A DNA stretch of 64,000 nt from Vairimorpha necatrix. Taxonomy: Eukaryota. Position 1 is the stretch's first letter. Each line of letters begins with the position of its first letter. Both the position numbers and the translations under genes were made by a program. A model generated the notes under the pieces. It had not been told where the DNA came from. It ran no database searches and saw only the letters and a program-made list of their open reading frames with translations. Where the stretch lies: the NCBI GenBank assembly GCA_036630325.1, contig CP142732.1, positions 992,001-1,056,000 of the forward strand, written 5' to 3'. Shown here piece by piece: positions 12,745 through 24,225 of this stretch.

Positions 12745-13728
12745 ATGATAGAAAAAAAAGATGTAAAATGTATAAAAAAGACCACATGTGGACCATTTTA
12801 TGACAATTTTATAATTTTTATAAAAAATAAATTTGTAAAGACAAATATCTTTGATTTAAGAATAATGAACAAATCTATAATTATAAAATATGAAGAAGAA
12901 AAATTAATACAATATGAATATTATATAAGAATCAGATTAAGACATCCATTTCTTGTTAATGTTTTATTTTCTTTTCAAGATTATGATAATTTGTTTTTAA
13001 TAATGGAATTTGCTAATACAAATTTTCAAGAATTTTTAAAAATACGTGGGACGTTTACTAAAAAAGCCGCAAAGTTTTATATTTGCGAAATTATATTAGT
13101 TATTGAATATTTACACAGTAGAAACCAAACTTATGGATTTTTTGTATCTAAAAATATTTTTGTAAATGATAAAGGACATATTAAACTTAAATACGAATTT
13201 CTGAATGCTATTATTGAGAAAAGAGGAGGTGTTAGGGATTTTATAGATTATACAGCTCCTGAGTATATTTTAAATGGGAAAATAACTCAAAGTACTGATA
13301 TATGGCAAATAGGAATTTTATTGTTTCATATGCTGGTTGGATACACGCCATTTAATAACGAGTCTTACGATTTAACAAAGCGCGCTATTTTAAATCAAGA
13401 TTTCTCATTTCCCGAATTTGTAGATGTCAATTCTAGAGATTTAATTCGTAAAATTCTAGAAAAAGACTCTACCAAACGTATAAATTTTAGTGAAATGAAG
13501 AAGCATCCATTTTTTGGTGATGTAGACTGGGACGCTGTACATAAACAAACATTAGAACCACCTTTTCTTTTTGATGAACTTAGTAAATATAAAAATGCTT
13601 CGCCTGCAGATTTGGACAAGATTTATACTTCTGATTATTATAATGAACAAAATAAAGACGGATATGGTAAAGCTTTTAGATATTTTGGAAGGATTGACGC
13701 AGACAATCCGTTTATTAAAAAAAATTAA
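12745..13728 (+). CDS. AGC/PKA-like protein kinase fold with degenerate catalytic motifs (probable pseudokinase)
   Basis: HPFLVN, FQDYDNLFLIMEF, AKFYICEIILVIEYLH, YTAPE, DIWQIG, GYTPF, HPFFGDVDW and EPPF are AGC hallmarks. YRDLKPEN is replaced by YGFFVSKN and DFG by KYE. Start at ATG 12745 (CCCACATG). Confidence 0.85.
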   Translation: MIEKKDVKCIKKTTCGPFYDNFIIFIKNKFVKTNIFDLRIMNKSIIIKYEEEKLIQYEYYIRIRLRHPFLVNVLFSFQDYDNLFLIMEFANTNFQEFLKIRGTFTKKAAKFYICEIILVIEYLHSRNQTYGFFVSKNIFVNDKGHIKLKYEFLNAIIEKRGGVRDFIDYTAPEYILNGKITQSTDIWQIGILLFHMLVGYTPFNNESYDLTKRAILNQDFSFPEFVDVNSRDLIRKILEKDSTKRINFSEMKKHPFFGDVDWDAVHKQTLEPPFLFDELSKYKNASPADLDKIYTSDYYNEQNKDGYGKAFRYFGRIDADNPFIKKN

Positions 13729-14980
13729 ATTTTATTACTTTTTACCAACCGAATCTACCCAATTTTATTGACGTGGTCGAACTTTTTATTTGACATTATT
13801 GATAAATTAACAATAAACTCTTATAATATATCAAAACCATTTTTATAAAATAATTCTATAACGACATACACATGTCAATATATAAAGAAAATATTAGGTA
13901 TGTGTAGATTCTTTTCAAAGTTAAGAATATTTTCTTCGACTTTGGCCTTTATAGTAACTTGTCTAATAATATTAATAGCTAAATTCTGTAAAAAATATCA
14001 AAAAACACTTGTGCTGGCCTTGGATGATACGCAAATATCATAAATTTTGTATAAGGAATGTCAAAATTACTAAAAGATTTGTTATCAATTGGTTTAGAAT
14101 TTGTTTGATGTGACTATTAAAAAAACAAATTCTTAAAAATTTTCAAATAAGATAATTATATTAGTCTAAACGACCCCAAGTAAGGATTTTTTAAAACGTA
14201 ATCAAATTTAATTATTAGTAGTCACTTGGACTTCAATTATATCATACTTAGTTCTCAAAGATTTCAATTCCTCAATAGCCTTTTTTTCAACAAAATATTC
14301 AGCCACCATATCTAAAGCGAAATTTTTTATAAAATTAGGAACAAATCCTTTAAACATATCAATTAAAACATAATATCTCGGCACTACCATTTCTCTCTTG
14401 TTTTTTTCAATTCCTACTATTACTTCTTTTGCTACATAGTCAACATCCAGTGTATTTAAATCCTTGATTTCTTTGAACATTGGCGTATTCATTTTATAAG
14501 GAAATACTATCATGGTATCGTAACCTTCTCTTTGTAAACTTTCAACAAATGATCTCATAAATGCTTTACTCGAACTATAACAAGAATAAAGTTCAATGCC
14601 TACGTATGATAAGACAGAAGCAATAAAGACATGTTTCCTGCATTTGATGTTTTTTACACAATATAAATGGGACAAAATATTGACTTCAATCATCTTCTTC
14701 ATTTCTAGGTATGAAGTATCTCTGACTAATTTTGGGCCGATGCTCATTCCTACGTTATGAATAAAGACATCAACTCTAAAGGGAGCGAAGTCCGGATTAC
14801 TCAGGTCGCATTGGATATATTCCACATTGGGTATGTCTCTTAATCGCTCACATATATCTGATTTGTCGATTACTATTACCTTGTAACAGACGTTTACAAG
14901 TAATTCGACTATAGCCAAACCTAATCCGCTATTACCACCGGAAATTCCTACAATTCTGCCTTGTAAATTCATTGGGGCAG
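13635..14980. repeat. Segmental duplication copy A (kinase 3' end + intergenic + SDR), homologous to 17880..19212
   Basis: Colinear similarity, e.g. aaagacggatatg..tttagatattttggaaggattgacgcagacaat and aaaacact(t)gtgctgg..gatg..cgcaaat occur in both copies. Confidence 0.85.
14208..14972 (-). CDS. Short-chain dehydrogenase/reductase (retinol DH / 17beta-HSD11-like), paralog 1
   Basis: SGGNSGLG Rossmann motif, HNVG, catalytic Ser (IASV), YSSSK. CCCCAATG. Confidence 0.9.
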   Translation of the reverse strand: MNLQGRIVGISGGNSGLGLAIVELLVNVCYKVIVIDKSDICERLRDIPNVEYIQCDLSNPDFAPFRVDVFIHNVGMSIGPKLVRDTSYLEMKKMIEVNILSHLYCVKNIKCRKHVFIASVLSYVGIELYSCYSSSKAFMRSFVESLQREGYDTMIVFPYKMNTPMFKEIKDLNTLDVDYVAKEVIVGIEKNKREMVVPRYYVLIDMFKGFVPNFIKNFALDMVAEYFVEKKAIEELKSLRTKYDIIEVQVTTNN

Positions 14981-15369
14981 TAAATTAAATTTATTTAAAT
15001 ACCTAATTTTTAATTAAAATATGCACTATTGTAAAAATACAAGGAGAAATAGTAAACTCGTGGTTTTTAATTAAAATCTTATTTTCTGCAAAGTTTTTAA
15101 TTTATCAAGGCCTACTATGACGATAGACTGTCATAAAATTGTGTAAAACTGAATTTATACCAATCACTTTAATTTAAAATTTAAACCTTAAGAAAAAAGC
15201 AAATTTTTGTAAAAGAAAAAACGTTCAATTTTTAATTTATAATTTTATTATATAAATGAAACGCGTCAATGTCCAGATTCTTATGTTTGAAAGATGTCAA
15301 GATATTATAAAACCTAAAGTCATCTAAAAGTGAAGAATGGTAAAATTATAACATCATAACATTATAATT

Positions 15370-15900
15370 ATATATATTAGTTGATCGAAGACCGAACTTA
15401 TCGCAGATATACAGCAATTAACCTCCAAGATGTGGGAACAAGACAAAGATGAAGATACGTCTACTGCTGTCATAAGTTGGGCCATTAGACGTGTGCTTCG
15501 TTATGTTCGAGAAACGAGCAGTTTTCATATGACAATAAAACAAGCCTCTTGTATTGCTTTATATACATGGAGTATTAAAATAAAAAATTTTTGCCTATTA
15601 AAAATTAACTTGAATCCCTGAGCAATTTTGAGACAGATCAAGTCGACCATGTAGCCTGTTTATAACTATGCCATATATTTTTCTCCGGAGACAAAAACCT
15701 AATATGGCAATTCTCCAACACGGTCTATGTTATAGTTTAATAATGAGCTTATAACTTTGACCTGTAGGTCGTATAAAAGAAAGAACATTTGAGTTAGTAC
15801 GATGATGTCTCATCCTTGGCTAATATGATATTAAGCCGTAATTTTTATTTGACGCGAATCATTATTCGCGCAACTTTTCATGATGTATTTTTGAAGGATA
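15370..15900 (+). mobile_element. Possible highly degraded LTR-retrotransposon gag/protease remnant
   Basis: CCHC-like YCCHKLGH*TC (~15462-15495) and LILG-like (~15810) fragments in a GC-richer non-coding stretch. Confidence 0.25.
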
Positions 15901-17399
15901 TCGCAAAGCATGCAACTCCAAAAAGTACGTGACATATCTTCGTAGAACCCGAAAGCGTGGGTCTTTCTGTTCATATGTAAATTTTCTCGTAGCCTGCTTT
16001 CCATAAAAATCAAATGATTTTTATAAAATTGCTGATTTTAATAAATATATGCAGGTTTTTTTTGCTTTAAATTTATAAGAAAAAACAAAAAAAAATTTAA
16101 TAAGGTTTATATCTTATTGACGAAGTTCAACTGCCAAGAAACGTAGGAAGTTGATATGTTATTTAGTTTATCGGGGGTTGATTTATAACATATGACTAGC
16201 TAAAGCTTTTCCCTTTTTAAATGCAGATTTAATCTGTGCGCATTGCATTTTTGATGGAATAAAAAAATAAGAGTACTGTAATTTTAAAAGCGGAATAAAT
16301 TATTTCCAGCAAAACTTGAAACTTGAACAATATATTGATTAAAGAGGGTCTACTCCCTTCATGATATAACTGTTGAGAATATATATTTTATAAAAAAAAA
16401 ACCTAAACTTTCAATTATCTTTAACATATGGAAACTAAAATTAATCAAACCAAAACATGAACAAAAGAAGTGGTTATAAGTTCCGTCGAAGCATGAGACG
16501 TAGAAAATGTAGTAAATGTTAGAATGGGCATGGTTGGTTGTCTAACAGAAGAGAAAAAGATGGCTTGCATCATTGGGGGACTTTAGATAGATGAAGACTT
16601 AGAGGAGCTATGATAAGCAGTATTGACTGTAATAAGATCTGGCATCAAAGAAGTGTACAGATGGAGTGATGTGCTAATTCCACTATTCACATTTAAAGCT
16701 ATCGTGGCAAGATAGCCGAACCAACAGTGTTCAAAAATCCAGAGAGATTAAAATGAAGAAAATCAAAACGGAATTGTAATGTAGTCGAAGAATGAGATAG
16801 ACTGAAAAAATCCGATTTCATTGTTGGGAAGAGATGTGCAAAGAAAAATTTCATGCCCATAGACTTTATATATTATAACAGGGAAAGAAAGTACCGTAAA
16901 GACCAATACAAGAAGGGATAGTAAGGCGCGAAAAGGATTGGCAGTTCATATTCAATTAACATAAAAATTCACTTTTATTTTGAGAGCCAAGTAGTAGGCC
17001 TAGGAAGTAGTAAAGACAATTACATCACTCAGTTCTAAATTTGTCCGGGGATGTTAAGAATATACATTTAACAGTGAAATCTTTAACTATAACTTTCGAT
17101 GTTTTCGAGTTCAATTTATGACACCTATCATTCGAAATCTTTGAAGGTTAACTAATTTTTTTGGCTAAAGGTTAAATAGTTCGTAAAATAATTCTGAATT
17201 ATCTTAAACGCAGTTTTAAAAGTAAGAGTTTAAACTAAGCTGTATTATAATTTAGGGTATACGAATTTACAATCAAATAATGTTAGTTTAAGTTCATAAC
17301 TCTCATTGGGCTGAATAACTAGTGTAAAAAAATCATTTTTAGTTTCAAAGCATACAAAAGAAGTACAAAAACACGATATACTTACTAAAATAAAGTATG

Positions 17400-17820
17400 A
17401 GTATATACACAAATCCCGCACTTGAACAGTTTTCTATGTAATGTTATAAGGCGAAGGGGTGACCAAATATCACAGAAACCTCATTGGGGAGTTGAAAATC
17501 CAACCTTACCTTAAAGCATACATCAAGTACATACTGCTAGAGAAGACACTAGAGACCATCTTTTCATGAAGACGACGACGAGGTTAAGAACAAATGACGC
17601 AGGTGAAAGAGAAGAAGCTAGAGCTGTAAGTGCTCTAGCAAATATAGTAACTGTCTAAGGAGTGCTGAGGCAAAGAAGAATAAAGCTAAAAGTTTATAGT
17701 CAAAAACAAAATTAAATCACAGACACGATATTCTATGAAGAGTTGAATCTTATAACGATACTAGGACAAGCTGTGCTACAAAAATCTAATCTAAATTGGA
17801 AATTAACTCGCCAATTTTGT
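17400..17820 (+). mobile_element. Non-LTR (RLE) retrotransposon 3' end fragment
   Basis: gaccaaatatcac...gaaaatccaaccttaccttaaagcataca and gacaagctgtgctacaaaaatctaa align with 5646-5710 and 5927-5951. The GA-rich 16440-16960 upstream is probably also TE-derived. Confidence 0.65.
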
Positions 17821-17879
17821 ATGAAAATATAGTAGAAAGATTAATGTTTGGATAACATTTAAAACTAGTAAATGAAACA

Positions 17880-17973
17880 ATTACATAATAAACAAATTAA
17901 AGACGGATATGAAGAAGCATTTAGATATTTTTGGAGGATTGACGCAGACAATACGCTTATTAAAAAAAAATAA
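17880..17973 (+). pseudogene. Duplicated 3' fragment of the AGC pseudokinase gene
   Basis: Encodes KQIKDGYEEAFRYFWRIDADNTLIKKK*, versus EQNKDGYGKAFRYFGRIDADNPFIKKN* at the end of 12745..13728. Confidence 0.8.
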
Positions 17974-18458
17974 AAATTTAATATTAATTGCCTGCCGGAT
18001 CATAAAAATTTTATTGACGAAGTCGATCTTTTTAGCTTGACTACATTAAAAAACTGATAACAACTCTTATAATAAATCAATCATACAAATCACAATGGGA
18101 ACTATTTATATAATTTACTAATTAAATGCACATGTAAACATTATAAAAATATATGTTATGTGTGAATTCTTAACTTAGTTTGGACTTTTTTATTTGAGTA
18201 CGAGTGTTTAAAATAACTTTTCTGATAATATTAGTAGCTTAATTCTGTAAAAATATATAAAAACACTGTGCTGGGCTTAAATGATGCGCAAATGTTACAA
18301 ATTTAGTAGAAGTAATGTCAAAAGTACTGTATGATTTTTTATCGATTGAATATGAATTTGTTTGATGCGAGCAATATAAAAGATTGATAAATAAAAATTT
18401 ATATAAGAAATACTTATAGTCTATATAATTTTCTGCAAAAAAATTTTAGTAACTAAAT

Positions 18459-19205
18459 TTAATCACTAGTACTAATTGGTAGATTCTTAACAGATGGCGA
18501 TTCTTCAATGGCGTCTTTCTTAACAAAATATGTTGCTATTTTATCTAAAACGAAATTCATTACGACTCTAGGAATAACCCGCTCAAGAACATCAACCAAA
18601 ACATATTTTCTTGGCAATACAATCTCTTTTTTATCTTTTTTAATTCCTTCTAATACTTCTTTTGCCATGTATTCAACATCTATGGCATTAAAATCCTCAA
18701 CCTCGTTAAATACACTTGAGTTCATTTTATAAGGAAATACTACCATCGTATCATGGCCTTGATCTTCTAATTGCTTAACAATGTCTCTTATAACTTCTTT
18801 ACTCGAACAATATAAAGAATAGCGATCAAGACCTATATAAGACAAGATAGAAGCAATATAGACATGTTTCCTACTATTAATATTTATCGTCAAATAAGAA
18901 GGCAACATAAAATTGCGCTTAATTATTTCCTTCATTTCTTCATATGAAGGTTCATGTGCCGTTTTTGGGCCAATGCTCAAACCTACGTTATGAATAAAGA
19001 CATCAACTTCAAATGGTCCAACCTCCAGATTATTCAAATCGCTTTGAAAATATTTGACATTGGGTATGTCTTTTAACTGCTCACATATATCTGAATCGTC
19101 GACTATTATTATCTTTTTACAGACGTTTAAGAGTAATTTGACTATAGCCAAACCTATTCCGCTGTTGCCACCAGTAATTCCTACAGTTAGGTTCAGTAGA
19201 TCCAT
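18459..19205 (-). CDS. Short-chain dehydrogenase/reductase, paralog 2
   Basis: TGGNSGIG, HNVG, IASI, YCSSK. Closest to 14208..14972. CCCCAATG. Confidence 0.9.
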   Translation of the reverse strand: MDLLNLTVGITGGNSGIGLAIVKLLLNVCKKIIIVDDSDICEQLKDIPNVKYFQSDLNNLEVGPFEVDVFIHNVGLSIGPKTAHEPSYEEMKEIIKRNFMLPSYLTININSRKHVYIASILSYIGLDRYSLYCSSKEVIRDIVKQLEDQGHDTMVVFPYKMNSSVFNEVEDFNAIDVEYMAKEVLEGIKKDKKEIVLPRKYVLVDVLERVIPRVVMNFVLDKIATYFVKKDAIEESPSVKNLPISTSD

Positions 19206-19759
19206 TGGGGTAAAAAAAAAGAATTTTTATTGATTAAATTTTTTTATTTAAGGTTTTTTCAGGGTTAGCAAAAAATTTCTAATCGGGTTTTTTGTTTTTT
19301 TAAAAAAACAGAGGAACAAAATTTGCGAAGAAGAATTGAAAACATCTTGCAAATAATCTTTTTAGACTTTAACGTAACAAGAGTGTTTAATATAAAAATT
19401 TAATTGAACATTTTCACGTTTTAAAGAGGTCTGAATTCGTAAAAACAGAATTAACAAGTAAACAAAATTTTGACTGGTTTATCATTTTTATATTTAGTTG
19501 TGAGATATGTAGAATTCTTATATTACAAATGATTTATGTTTTTTGTTTTGTTTAATCGAATTATCTATTTTACTAAACGTTAGAAAAGTTGAACAAAAGC
19601 CTCCTATTATCATAAAAAATCTAAATCAGAAAGTTTATAAGTATATGATGTTTAAAAATATTATTAATATTTATATTTTTGGTTGATTCTTTTATTTTTG
19701 TTTTTTCCTTAAAATTTTTTAGCTAAGGCTGACTTTAGCCGTCTTTTATTGTAGGCTGG

Positions 19760-22019
19760 CTGTAAATGGACCTGATACTTAATAATTACCTGTCAAATAT
19801 CAATATCGAGAATTGCGAGATCTCTGGTTTACATTTTAGAAGTGCTACTTGATAGTTATGTAAGATATTGCATTCTAATCGAATGCTCGAATCATATTCA
19901 TACTATTTAATTTGGTCTTGCACAGGGTTTCAACCCTCTGTATGATCTCATTTTTTTTTCAAAAGTCTCTCTTCTGACAGCACTAAAGGCATTCTCAGTT
20001 ATTCCAAGGTATTTGTTTTCTTTTGGCCCTTCTAGTATTACTGTATCGTCACTACAATTAGTTGCAGACTTACACCTGCTTATTTCAAACCCACAGCCAG
20101 CAAAATCTCTTACTACCTCTTTAGAAAGTTTTAAAACCCTTCGGTTTCTGAAAAAAGCTTAAGATCATCAATAAAAAAAGAAGGGTTGTTACATAAACAT
20201 TTTCATGAGTTTGTATTTCTACTTTTGGGTAAGTTAATTCAGTTTCCTGCTCAAAGATCCATACATAGTACAAACTAAGCTGAAACAAGGCATCTCATTG
20301 TAGTATCCCTCTTTCGATCTTTTTATTCAGCACCGTTTCCGATCCTTATTTTATCTGAATGTGCCAAATTTTAACCGTAGCTACTAAGAATTTACTTATC
20401 ACACTGGGAAATCAAATAGCCAATACATGTTAATAGATAAGAATGGTCTACAAGGTCGTAGACTTTTTACATCTATCCACATGGTCTTTAGCTTGTTCAT
20501 GCACCTTATTGACTGCTATATTAATCATAGCTTGTTCGTATACTCCTTGGACTTGTTGGACTGCCCAAGTTGATTCTCTTATAGACCTCTACTTTCTACA
20601 ATTAGCTGCATTGGTTTCGTTGTAAGCTTGTAAAAGTTAAGCATACAGGTAATACGCCTGAAGTCATTACCACTAGCGGGGGGGAATTTGGGTATTAAAT
20701 AAGTAATCCCTTTGTAGAACCAAGCTTCGGTTCTTTCCCCTCCAGACGTACTTCCTTAACACTCTTATATGGAAATCAATGTACAGCTGCATACTTCTTA
20801 ATAAAAAAAATTGAAGATTCCATCACAGCCTTCAGCCTTCCAATTTGGTAAAATCAAATAATCTAAAATTCTTCCAAGGTCGAGAAAGTGATCTGAGCCT
20901 GGCTATCAAAATGTATTCTAGAAGATACTCCTCGAAACTATTTCAGTCTCCGTATTGCTCTTTCTTATTCCACATATTGAACCAGAATGAACTAATATCT
21001 TCTTTGCCTACATTATGATTAACCTCATTGACACACTTGATATTTTCGATAGAAATTGCTTCTATATAGCTCAAAGTTTTAATTTTCAAGCCTATACTTT
21101 TTGCGTCGGCCAGCGACCTCTAGCTTCCTTAAGTATATGGCTTTCCTCTCGTTGAGTATAACAATTGCTTCAAAAGTATCTCGGCGTAGACATGCAAGCA
21201 TGTTAAGTTCATGCATTACCTTCTTGGCTTTAGGCTTTTCTTTATTTGAAAGTTTATCAAAAGGGCAGGCCTTTTTAAAGAGGTTTACTTTGTCTTCGAT
21301 CGTAACAATCTTTTTCAAAATACTTTCCTTCCAAGACAAAGGTTTGGGCTTTTTACTGGCCAGTTACTGATAGCAGATCTGTGAAGCTTGAATTATCCTT
21401 GCCATCTCTGTCATGTTATGAGGAGGTGGGATCTTATGTGGGTATTTGCCGCCTTGACTCTAGCATCAAGTTTCAACAGATCAACTTTTATATTAAAAAT
21501 CATTCTCCTTCTTTTTACCTAATACACATGTGTGTTCTGAGTTAAGCTAAGTTTCTCCAGGAACAATTTCTGTGCTCTAAGTGAGAGCTCGGGTTCGAGA
21601 AGACCATTCCCTTCTTTCGAGCCAGTTTCGGCTTTTCTTCTTTTGATAAAATCCACTAAGAATTCCAGGGCTGACATTTGTCTACCAATATTACTAGTGA
21701 GTGCATTTTTCGCTTTGCTCTAAAATTCTGATGAACTCATGTTAAATCCAAATTTTTATAGAAGAACTCGGTTGCTTTATTCCACCCTCCTCTTGGCATT
21801 CTACCAAATTTATTTATGACTGATAGAAATACCTTCGAGGCCACTCTTCTTTACTCAATTCAATACTTACAAGTACTGCTGCAGAAGTGGATTGAGTTGG
21901 CACACGAGTGTGCTCTAACCCCTGTTCTTTCTATTCTGGTTCTACTTTCTTCTTTCTGCTTCGAGGTTTGTTGGTGCAGTTTTGTCGGTTTTTTCCTCCT
22001 GGTTTCTCCTTACCCTCAT
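19760..22019 (-). mobile_element. Degenerate non-LTR retrotransposon (N-terminal region + RT), 3' truncated
   Basis: Minus-strand RT motifs in broken frames: WKAEGCDGIFNFF (~20810-20845), LIPKF...DFRRITC...YKL (~20625-20700), MWIDVK (~20468-20485), ERGILQ (~20298-20316), FIDDLK (~20158-20175), KYLGI (~20000-20015). ORF 21079..21339 is part of it. Confidence 0.8.
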
Positions 22020-22177
22020 TTTACAAGTTAATTAAAAATAGGTTTGTTTTATTTTTGTAAATATATTCTATTACACAGCAAAGCACATAATTTAAATTTC
22101 TTACAACACAATTCAATACTTATCTTTATAACTTATATTTGATTTATATATTATAACATAAAAAAGATCTTTATTTT

Positions 22178-22873
22178 TTAATTTTCTTTCTCTTTTTTAT
22201 AAAATGATTTTACTATCAAATCCATTATCCAATAGCTAACAAATCTCGGCAGGAATCCCAGAAGTGCTTCAGTATATCTAAATATCCAAGGCAACCAAAT
22301 CTCTTTTTTGTCGTTTTCTATCCCATAAATTACACTTTCTGCTACTTTGGAAGCTTCCAAAGTCCAGAAATCTTTTACTTCTTTAAACATAAGAGTATTT
22401 ATTTTGTAAGGGTAGACAATTAAAGTGTCACATTTTTCTCTTATAAGACTCTGGTTAAGAATTCTAATGAACGCTTTACTAGCAGAATAGAAAGAGTATT
22501 TTTCCAGGCCTATAAAAGACATCACTGAGTTTATAAAGACAAATTTCTTATATTTATAGTTTTTATAGAACCATAGTTGGAGTTTTATATTTACATAGAT
22601 CATTTTTTCCATTTCTTCGTATGTCATGTCTTTTACCAATTTTTGGCCCAGAGAAAGGCCCAAGTTAGAAATGAAAATGTCGCAGTCTTGAACAGGAGGA
22701 AGTTCTTTACTTATGTCCATTTGTATATAATGAATTTTATCGTGAAATGTTATTTGGTCAGATCTGTCAATTATGATTATTTTTTTACATTTTTCTAATA
22801 ATAATTTCACTATTTCCCCGCCTAGGCCTTTGTTCCCTGCTGTTATACAGACAGTCTTATTTGTCAAAATCAT
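22178..22873 (-). CDS. Short-chain dehydrogenase/reductase, paralog 3 (more divergent)
   Basis: TAGNKGLG, SNLG, INSV, YSASK. CCC motif upstream. Confidence 0.9.
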   Translation of the reverse strand: MILTNKTVCITAGNKGLGGEIVKLLLEKCKKIIIIDRSDQITFHDKIHYIQMDISKELPPVQDCDIFISNLGLSLGQKLVKDMTYEEMEKMIYVNIKLQLWFYKNYKYKKFVFINSVMSFIGLEKYSFYSASKAFIRILNQSLIREKCDTLIVYPYKINTLMFKEVKDFWTLEASKVAESVIYGIENDKKEIWLPWIFRYTEALLGFLPRFVSYWIMDLIVKSFYKKEKEN

Positions 22874-23234
22874 AGAAAGAGGGTAATTTAATTAATTAAT
22901 TTAAGTATAAGAATAATGGTATGTTTTTAAAAAACTCGGTTATGTTTTTTATGCAGAATAAAAAATAAGGTTAATCTTATTTATAAAATAATCGTAAGAA
23001 ATAATTCTTTTATATATATTAGATAATATTTTCTTAGTTTTTTTAGATATTTATTTTGTTATTTCTCAAAATGTACTTAAAAATGCTCGTCGTAGCCCAT
23101 CAAAAACCAACCAATCATCTTTCGACAAAAAACTATGTGGTTGCCTAATAAAAATTCTTAACCCCATTTTCATAATACAAGATGATAAACACAAATAAAA
23201 CATTTGAAAATCCTCACTGATTTATTCCATAAAT

Positions 23235-23945
23235 TTATATTGATTTTAATATCTCCTCTTTACTCTTTTTATAATTTTTTATCTTCTCTTTATATATTTC
23301 TTCTTTAATCTTCTCATATTTATTATATTTAAATATATTCAACATATTCCTCATTTTATAAACCTGCTTTTGTATTTTATCAAAAGAAGTATAAAAATCT
23401 CTATTTTTATAAGACTCCAATATTTTGCTATAATTTTCAACATTTAAAAATTTCAATGTAGTCAGAAAATTCACTACATCTAAAAGCTCATATTCTCTAG
23501 ATTTCTCATTAAAAGATTTTATATTTAAATAATTTGTATCATTTTGTTTGTTTGTATTGTCAAGTATTATAACTTTGTTGTTTTTCTTAATATTTTCTAT
23601 TTCTTTTTGCAAATTTTTTGCAAAAATTTTGTACGTAGAAATTCCCAAGGGATCTACAAAATTAAAAATTTTTCTATTTGCTAAATTGTTATCTGTAATT
23701 AGTGCGATATCATAAATATATCCCAAATTGAATAAAAATTCTTCTGTGTACGGTCTTTTAGTAAATAAAATATTAAAATTCCAAGTAAATTTATAATTTA
23801 GAAGAGTCTTGAATGGGTCGATTATTAGGATGGGCTTGTCTGATTTTATAGTTTTATTAGTTTTTTGAGGAAAAAGACAATTTTTTAGTTTAGAAATTCC
23901 CCATGTGAGACAAAGAGTGGAAATTATAGGGAAATCTTTGAGCAT
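23235..23945 (-). CDS. TIM50: Mitosomal import translocase Tim50 (NIF/FCP1-like domain)
   Basis: N-terminal hydrophobic segment, then KRPYTEEFLFNLGYIYDIALIT...FVDPLG...KVIILD, typical of Tim50. CCCTAAATG. Confidence 0.7.
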   Translation of the reverse strand: MLKDFPIISTLCLTWGISKLKNCLFPQKTNKTIKSDKPILIIDPFKTLLNYKFTWNFNILFTKRPYTEEFLFNLGYIYDIALITDNNLANRKIFNFVDPLGISTYKIFAKNLQKEIENIKKNNKVIILDNTNKQNDTNYLNIKSFNEKSREYELLDVVNFLTTLKFLNVENYSKILESYKNRDFYTSFDKIQKQVYKMRNMLNIFKYNKYEKIKEEIYKEKIKNYKKSKEEILKSI

Positions 23946-24225
23946 TTAGGGTCAAAAAACAATTAAAAAATTATCTGTTATTTATATTTACTTGTAAGAT
24001 TTTTGTTTTAAAATATTGTGTTTGTTTATTTTTTACATTAATTTTGTTTGTCTTAAATGTATTCATATTTTTTAAATTTTTTACATTGTGTCTGTGCTTT
24101 TTATTTTATTGTAACTTAATTCTTTTACACAATAAATAAATACATTATGTCTTGGAAATATCACACATAATATTTTTTAATTCATCTTAGATTTTATTGT
24201 GTCATTTGGATTTTATTATATATCT

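Noticed and set aside
23205-23222. U4-like ATCAGTGAGGATT (minus strand)
   Set aside because: No matching kink-turn partner strand or U6-pairing region.
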